Assembly: GCA_046583315.1 (NCBI GenBank)
Contig: JAYGCN010000203.1
Location: 1-11,501 of the forward strand
Source: Candidatus Hydrogenedentota bacterium
GTDB taxonomy: Bacteria; Hydrogenedentota; Hydrogenedentia; Hydrogenedentales; GCA-2746185
Direction: 5' to 3'
DNA: 11,501 nt
Shown piece by piece: positions 6,183-11,501 of this stretch (position 1 is the first letter of the stretch; the number at the start of each line of letters is the position of its first letter). The notes below the pieces were generated by a model. The model did no database searches and was not told the origin of the DNA. It was given only the letters and a program-made list of their open reading frames with translations. The position numbers were made by a program, and so were the translations under genes.

Positions 6183-7433
6183 TCATGTTGACTGTAAATC
6201 TTCTGCAATATCCGATTGATAGGCTTGCCACGCCGGCACGATTCCCGCAAAGAGACCGATTAAGGTAACAACAGCGAAGAATTTCAGTTCCAGCATGGAT
6301 GTTGCGGCACCGTGAATGGTGAAACCGTAATTGGCACTCATGTACACGCCCAATCCTATCGCGACCCCTTTCCCTAAAGCCCAACCACAGGCAACGCCTA
6401 TCACTGTAACGAGTAAGGCTTCGATCATCACCGCCCCGAATATTTCGTAGGCCGACGCACCGAGCGCGCGCATGATGGCGAGGTCGCGTTTGCGTTGAAT
6501 GATGGAGAGATAGAGTCCTATCATGATTGACAGTGCGGAAATCACGACCACAACATACCCAACAGCTATCATAATGACCACGACCGGTTGCAGGATTTCG
6601 TTGTATAGATTTGTGATCTCCACGATGGGCATGGCCGGAGTCGCTGGATAATTATCATAGACTGTCTGCATAAACTGAAATCGATAGGCGGAGCTTTCGA
6701 GATCGATCAGGACCGCAGACACTTTACGGTCGCCTTCTTCGACATGTTCCCCTTCGGCTTCCTCTTCGTCGTGTTCCGCATGCAAATCCCACACGGACTG
6801 AAGATCCACGAAAATAGCGCGATCATTTGATGTCCCGGAAGGTTTGAGAACGCCGACAACCGTGTAAAGCTTATCGGCATGGTCGAATTCTGCAAGCGAA
6901 CCCAAATCCATCGTGCCATGCAATCCGATGAAGGTCGCGCCAACAGTTAAACCCAGTTCACGTGAGACGCGATAACCGAGTACGGCTTCCATTGGTTTAT
7001 CGAAGAAGCGGCCGTCATCAATCTGGTAGGGATAACGTTGCTCGCCCGTGACGTCACTCGTCCAAGGGTACTCGAATATTTCGACAGTCGTCCCAACGAT
7101 TCGGAAGCCTTTGTAGGTATCCCCCAACGCGATCGGAAAGGCATAGGTGACGTCATCCTCTTCTTTGAGGCGCAAGTAGTTCTCATAAGAAATAGGGTAA
7201 CCGGGACTGTCGAGATAGTAAACGGCATTTAGTACGAGCTGAAGCGGACTTCCGGGCCCACCGACAACGATATCGTAGGCCAATTGTTCCTCTTCGAAAC
7301 GTTTCTTCGTTTCGTTGCGAATCGTCAGGATAGCGGAAATCAGTCCGACCGCCAAGGCGACGGACAAAATAGTTAGAGTCGTCGTGAACCAACGATTCCA
7401 GAGATATTTCCAGGCGATGTGCCAGAGACTCAT
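6183..7433 (-). CDS. ABC transporter permease, MacB/FtsX/LolC-E type
   Basis: Start MSLWHIAWKYLW overlaps the ATPase stop (ATGA). Motifs YDIVVGGPGSPLQLVLNAVYY, PIALGDTYKGFRIVGT and QRKRDLAIMRALGAS, with an acidic His-containing loop HAEHDEEEAEGEH. Confidence 0.93.
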   Translation of the reverse strand: MSLWHIAWKYLWNRWFTTTLTILSVALAVGLISAILTIRNETKKRFEEEQLAYDIVVGGPGSPLQLVLNAVYYLDSPGYPISYENYLRLKEEDDVTYAFPIALGDTYKGFRIVGTTVEIFEYPWTSDVTGEQRYPYQIDDGRFFDKPMEAVLGYRVSRELGLTVGATFIGLHGTMDLGSLAEFDHADKLYTVVGVLKPSGTSNDRAIFVDLQSVWDLHAEHDEEEAEGEHVEEGDRKVSAVLIDLESSAYRFQFMQTVYDNYPATPAMPIVEITNLYNEILQPVVVIMIAVGYVVVVISALSIMIGLYLSIIQRKRDLAIMRALGASAYEIFGAVMIEALLVTVIGVACGWALGKGVAIGLGVYMSANYGFTIHGAATSMLELKFFAVVTLIGLFAGIVPAWQAYQSDIAEDLQST

Positions 7434-8092
7434 CGGGATACCTCGCGCACGAGCCCGGCGCAATCGAATCGTGACTGCATGGAATCGGCGATTTTCTTAT
7501 CGTGCGTGACCATGAGCATGGTGACGTTCTCTTCAGCACACATTTCCAACAGTAAGGCCATCACCGCTTTCGCAGTCTTTGGATCAAGGCTACCGGTTGG
7601 TTCATCGGCGACAACAATTTTCTGTTTGTTCGCCAACGCACGGGCAATCGCGACGCGCTGCTGCTCCCCCACGCTCATCGTCGTCGGTTTGCTGTTCATG
7701 CGATGTTCGAGTCCGACGCGTATGAGTAATTCTTTGGCGCGCGGTTTCCATTCTTTCGGAGGACGTGTATCACTGAATTGCATGCCGAGCAAAACATTCT
7801 GGAGCGCCGTGAAGGGTTTCAGCAGGTTGAAGGTTTGAAATACAAAACCAAAATTCTCGCCGCGAAAACGATCGATCTGGCCCTCGTTCAGGGTATGTAA
7901 ATCTGTCCCGTTGACGCGCACGGCACCGTCGTCCGGTCGTAACAATCCCGCGATAAGGTTCAGCATCGTGCTTTTGCCGCATCCACTGGGTCCCCACAGG
8001 GCCATATGTTCGCCCGATTCGACGTGGAAATCCTTACAGAAAAATTCGACCCCTGGACCAAGGGTACGACGGCAGCTATCTAATTCAATCAT
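7430..8092 (-). CDS. ABC transporter ATP-binding protein, LolD/MacB-like
   Basis: Walker A GPSGCGKST, signature-like MSVGEQQRVAIARAL, Walker B VVADEPTGSLD and H-loop VTHD. Start assigned at MIELD (8092). Confidence 0.93.
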   Translation of the reverse strand: MIELDSCRRTLGPGVEFFCKDFHVESGEHMALWGPSGCGKSTMLNLIAGLLRPDDGAVRVNGTDLHTLNEGQIDRFRGENFGFVFQTFNLLKPFTALQNVLLGMQFSDTRPPKEWKPRAKELLIRVGLEHRMNSKPTTMSVGEQQRVAIARALANKQKIVVADEPTGSLDPKTAKAVMALLLEMCAEENVTMLMVTHDKKIADSMQSRFDCAGLVREVSR

Positions 8093-8483
8093 TTCGGGTC
8101 TCGCAGAGAATTGTGTCAATCCTTTACATAAGAATGAACAATATACCAAATATCGATGAAATATTCTATCTGACCGTGTACTAACAGCTTACAACGCTTT
8201 CGTTATTCACGTTTCCGATTTTTAATTCACAAGAGTCTCGCATTATTCATAGTAAATTTGTCGGAGATCTGGCGAATTTCATGCCAGAGCCACCCTTTCT
8301 CAGGCATAATTACCTCGCACGTGTCAGTGTATTGCCTTTGGGGATCGCAGTAATGAACATCATCATGCACAGTTATACCATGCGCGACTTTTTGCATGAG
8401 TCAGCCTTTGCCCATGCGATTCGTTGGGTCGACCTTACCGGGTATCTGCATCCGGACGATGACGCCACAACAGGCTCAAGCCG

Positions 8484-9488
8484 ATGACGGATTTAATTCC
8501 TTTCGAAGACCACCTCCAAGAACTGATTGAGACGAATTACGGGCTCAAGGTTATCTCTGCGCCAGAACACCTGCCCCACGTCCACCAGAACCGTCATCGC
8601 AAATTGACGGTTGAGACGGAGCAAGGGAGATTCCTGATTAAAACCTATGATGCGACTGCCGAAGCGCTCGACAATATGTGGTTTCAGCATCGCCTTTCTC
8701 GACACCTGGAGAAACACGGCCTGCCCGTCGCACATATTCAACCCACTCTCAAGGGCCCTACTATCACCCGGATCGAAGACTGGGCGATGGAGCTTCAACA
8801 GTTCGTGGCCGGTAAATCGATGCAGGTGACACCAAAATCGCTCATCGCGTCTGCGCGCGCACTGGGAAAGCTGCATTGGGATTGTCGCGATTTCCCCTGT
8901 CCCGAACGCGACACGCGGATGTGGCGCTTCAGCGAGGTGCCGCGTGAATTGTTCGCCAGTTTGTTTGAATCGGCTAGAAAGATCGAAAATTCGTCTCGTG
9001 TTATCTCGCAATGTGACCGAATCGCGTTGTTTTTGCGCGAAGCTGGTAACGATCTTGATCTCCGCACACGCGACACTTTTGAGACCGGACTTATTCACGG
9101 TGACTGGCATAGCGGCAATCTCATATATCAAGGCGACAGATTGAACGCTATCATTGACCTCGAATTTGCCGGCGACGGATGTTACCTCGAGGATCTCGCG
9201 TATGCCATTTCAAATTTATGCGTGCGAACCACAGTGGACACACAAAAGCTCAACCAACGCACCGATCTGTTGTTGCATTACTACACCAAATACCGCACCC
9301 TATCCCCGCAGGAAGAGCATGCGCTCTATTACGCGGTCGGCATCAAACATGTCGTGACGGTTTGCTACCAGATTTTGCAGATGAAGGGAAAGGTCGCCGG
9401 ATACGATGCCGCACAGTGGATGGAAAAGCTGGATGCCCAGACCCAATGGCTCTCCGATCGTGCGGCGAAGATCCACTTCGGGTGGTAG
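8484..9488 (+). CDS. APH-family phosphotransferase (homoserine kinase type II-like)
   Basis: GRFLIKTY, ARALGKLH, Brenner motif GLIHGDWHSGN, IIDLE and EDLAYAI. Confidence 0.88.
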   Translation: MTDLIPFEDHLQELIETNYGLKVISAPEHLPHVHQNRHRKLTVETEQGRFLIKTYDATAEALDNMWFQHRLSRHLEKHGLPVAHIQPTLKGPTITRIEDWAMELQQFVAGKSMQVTPKSLIASARALGKLHWDCRDFPCPERDTRMWRFSEVPRELFASLFESARKIENSSRVISQCDRIALFLREAGNDLDLRTRDTFETGLIHGDWHSGNLIYQGDRLNAIIDLEFAGDGCYLEDLAYAISNLCVRTTVDTQKLNQRTDLLLHYYTKYRTLSPQEEHALYYAVGIKHVVTVCYQILQMKGKVAGYDAAQWMEKLDAQTQWLSDRAAKIHFGW

Positions 9489-9942
9489 CTAGTCGATTGG
9501 TTGATAGATATCCAGCCAGTCAACGATTTCTTTCATCGCGGCAAATCGAGGTAGCGGAACATGCCCCACGTCATACGCAACATCGCGCACGTGTTCGGGA
9601 TCGGTTCCGAGAATCTTTGCCAGGTGAACTTGATTCGTCTCATAAGGAAAGATGTAGTCAAACCGTCCGTTCAACATCAGTGTCGGCACCGTCACTCGCG
9701 GAACAATCCAAGTTCACCCCATTGCTTCGTTTGTCCGGAAATTCCGCCGGATACCAGGATAGTAAAATCGAATCGATCTTCCATGGCAACGATCATGCCG
9801 GCCGATAAAGAACCCAGACTAAGACCCATATAGCCCAGAGTATCCGCGTTTATGTCTTCTCTCATTTCCAGATAATCAATGAGACGAATCATATCTGATT
9901 GCCACCGTTGAAACATCCGAAACGCGAATTTCGCATCGCTGC
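9489..9942 (-). pseudogene. Frameshifted C-terminal fragment of an alpha/beta hydrolase (dienelactone hydrolase/peptidase S9-like)
   Basis: One frame reads IDYLEMREDINADTLGYMGLSLGS (GxSxG). A second frame reads VPRVTVPTLMLNGRFD...DVGH (Asp and His). The frame switch is at about 9700-9740, and the N-terminal half of the fold is absent. Confidence 0.75.
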
Positions 9943-10953
9943 CTAATCTGTTTTGGCCACCTGCGTTTCGCCACCCCGCGAAAACAGCACTCCAGCACCC
10001 ACGACAAGGATCAACACAACGGCAATTAACACGAGTGGTAAACGCCCGCTATCGGTGACCGTGATTGTCTCAAGGGGAAATACTATCAATGCCAATGCGT
10101 CTTCAAGTTCCGACGCGTCCGAAATGCGATTCTCAGGTTCCTTAACGAGGCATCGTGCCAACACATCGCGAAGCTCATCGGATATGTCATCCAACTGTCC
10201 GTCATCCGCAAAGGGATCGTCTTTCAGGATTACCGCCATTGTTTCCGGGGCAGAATCGCGTACAAAAGGTTGCACGCCGGTGAGCATTTCGTACATGACA
10301 CAGCCAAGCGCAAAGATGTCGCTCGCTGTAGTCGCAGGCATACCGCGTACTTGCTCGGGCGACATGTATCCCATGGTGCCCATCAACGTACCGGGTATGG
10401 TCATGCCGTCGTCCGGTTTAGTGGCCAGGGGTAGTGCCGTTGCGCTGTCCGGTTTGACCTCATTTTCTACAGTCGTTTGTTTTGCGAGACCAAAGTCGAG
10501 AATTTTGACGTCCCCACTTGAGGACAAATAGAGATTGGACGGCTTCAGATCGCGGTGGATGATACCGCGTGCATGGGCGGCCGCCAATCCGTGTACAACC
10601 GGACGAAACAGCTCCAGCGCACGTTCCCACGATACTTTCTTCTCGCGATCAATCAGCTTTTGTAAATCTTCGCCGTCGAGCAGTTCTGTGACGACGTAGA
10701 CCATGTCACCCTCAATACCTACGTCGTGTACGGTCAGAATATTGGGATGCGCGATTGCTACGGCAGCGCGCGCTTCCCTTCGAAGGCGTTCGCGCATTTC
10801 AGCATTGGCGTATACGTGGTCCGGAAGAATTTTGATGGCGACATCGCGATCCAGTTTATCGTCGCGGGCACGGTAGACATCCCCCATGCCACCAGCGCCG
10901 ATCATCTCAATGATTTCGTATGTACCCAGTCGGGTGCCACTCTCCAGACTCAC
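9943..10953 (-). CDS. Hanks-type Ser/Thr protein kinase with one TM helix, probably C-terminally truncated
   Basis: IGAGGMGDVY, VAIK, HRDLKPSN, VKILDFGLAK, GTMGYMSPEQ and SDIFALG. TM helix LPLVLIAVVLILVVGAGVLF is followed by a stop 12 residues later. GTG start with a GGGAG RBS. Confidence 0.92.
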   Translation of the reverse strand: MSLESGTRLGTYEIIEMIGAGGMGDVYRARDDKLDRDVAIKILPDHVYANAEMRERLRREARAAVAIAHPNILTVHDVGIEGDMVYVVTELLDGEDLQKLIDREKKVSWERALELFRPVVHGLAAAHARGIIHRDLKPSNLYLSSSGDVKILDFGLAKQTTVENEVKPDSATALPLATKPDDGMTIPGTLMGTMGYMSPEQVRGMPATTASDIFALGCVMYEMLTGVQPFVRDSAPETMAVILKDDPFADDGQLDDISDELRDVLARCLVKEPENRISDASELEDALALIVFPLETITVTDSGRLPLVLIAVVLILVVGAGVLFSRGGETQVAKTD

Positions 10954-11074
10954 GTTTATCTCCCAATTGTCTCACCCAGTCTCACGTACCCAAAAGTATG
11001 CAGCGACTCATTCTGGAGTCCCTGTGGGGGTGTGTCAAATGCTGGATATATCGAGTAATTCTGCTTGTAGCGGG

Positions 11075-11501
11075 TCAATATACAAGCTTTCTCCGGACCT
11101 GATCGTAGCGCACCCAGAAGCGGCGTATCTGATCGAGCGAATGTGGGTCCATTTCGAGCTGGGAGTAGGCCGCGCGCACGTAAAGGTCCGTCAGGAGTTT
11201 GGCTTCCTGCTTGAGGCCTTTCAATTCCTTCGGAAAGGCCTCCACGAATTCGTAGGGGGTCTGATCATCCTTCTTCGCCACGCCCATATCGTAGGCCAGC
11301 GCACACATCGCGTCGTAGGCATGTGCCACGTAACTCTCCACCTCGGTGCGGCTTGCATCGCCCTCGCCGCGCATGGTGCTTTTGAAGTCAATGCTCTGCG
11401 CGACACCTTTTCGAACGCGTCGCGGTCTCCATTGTTTGACGCGTGTCGGAATGCGCACATATTTGAGCAGGAAGGCATCGAGTTTCCCGAAAAAATTGAT
11501 G
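11075..11501 (-). CDS. C-terminal part of a DUF4129-like domain protein (5' end outside the window)
   Basis: AYDAMCALAYDMGVAKKDDQTPYEF...LTDLYVRAAYS matches the DUF4129 pattern. The frame stays open to the window edge. Confidence 0.75.
   Translation of the reverse strand, partial: INFFGKLDAFLLKYVRIPTRVKQWRPRRVRKGVAQSIDFKSTMRGEGDASRTEVESYVAHAYDAMCALAYDMGVAKKDDQTPYEFVEAFPKELKGLKQEAKLLTDLYVRAAYSQLEMDPHSLDQIRRFWVRYDQVRRKLVY

Noticed and set aside
8281..8487. 68-aa ORF overlapping the phosphotransferase start (ATGA)
   Set aside because: No RBS or recognisable motif, and it lies in a divergent promoter region, so it cannot be supported.
9692..9694. Second selenocysteine UGA in the hydrolase fragment
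   Set aside because: The downstream homologous sequence is in a different frame and the position is not a Cys-type site, so a frameshift explains it.
9943..9945. TAG readthrough (pyrrolysine) fusing kinase and hydrolase
   Set aside because: The readthrough frame gives a short non-homologous peptide and stops. The hydrolase is in another frame.
3267..10531. Other long antisense or alternate-frame ORFs (e.g. 3267-3809, 5042-5626, 8493-9131, 9179-9808, 9953-10531)
   Set aside because: They are shadows of well-supported genes and carry no recognisable motifs.

Overview
Bacterial accessory region, probably starting at a contig end: bases 1-16 match an Illumina adapter. The strongest hidden feature is a split ORF pair (2434-2763 and 2800-3180) that reads as one signal-peptide-bearing iodothyronine-deiodinase-like selenoprotein. 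It has an in-frame UGA in the motif FGSYT-U-PPF, followed by a bacterial SECIS-like hairpin, and a 4x15-bp tandem repeat lies upstream. The left 4 kb also holds a small repeated hairpin (GWCC-GGCA-GGWC, with a compensatory base-pair change). Two copies bracket an orphan HGGxSTG-type gene, and this stretch is strongly C-rich and G-poor on the + strand. Other genes encode a secreted EEP-family hydrolase, a HEAT-repeat membrane protein, YajQ, an ABC ATPase/permease/DUF3299 operon, an APH/ThrB-type phosphotransferase, a Ser/Thr kinase and a partial DUF4129-like protein. There are three truncated or frameshifted gene remnants. All family calls are from motif recognition by eye, with no database search.
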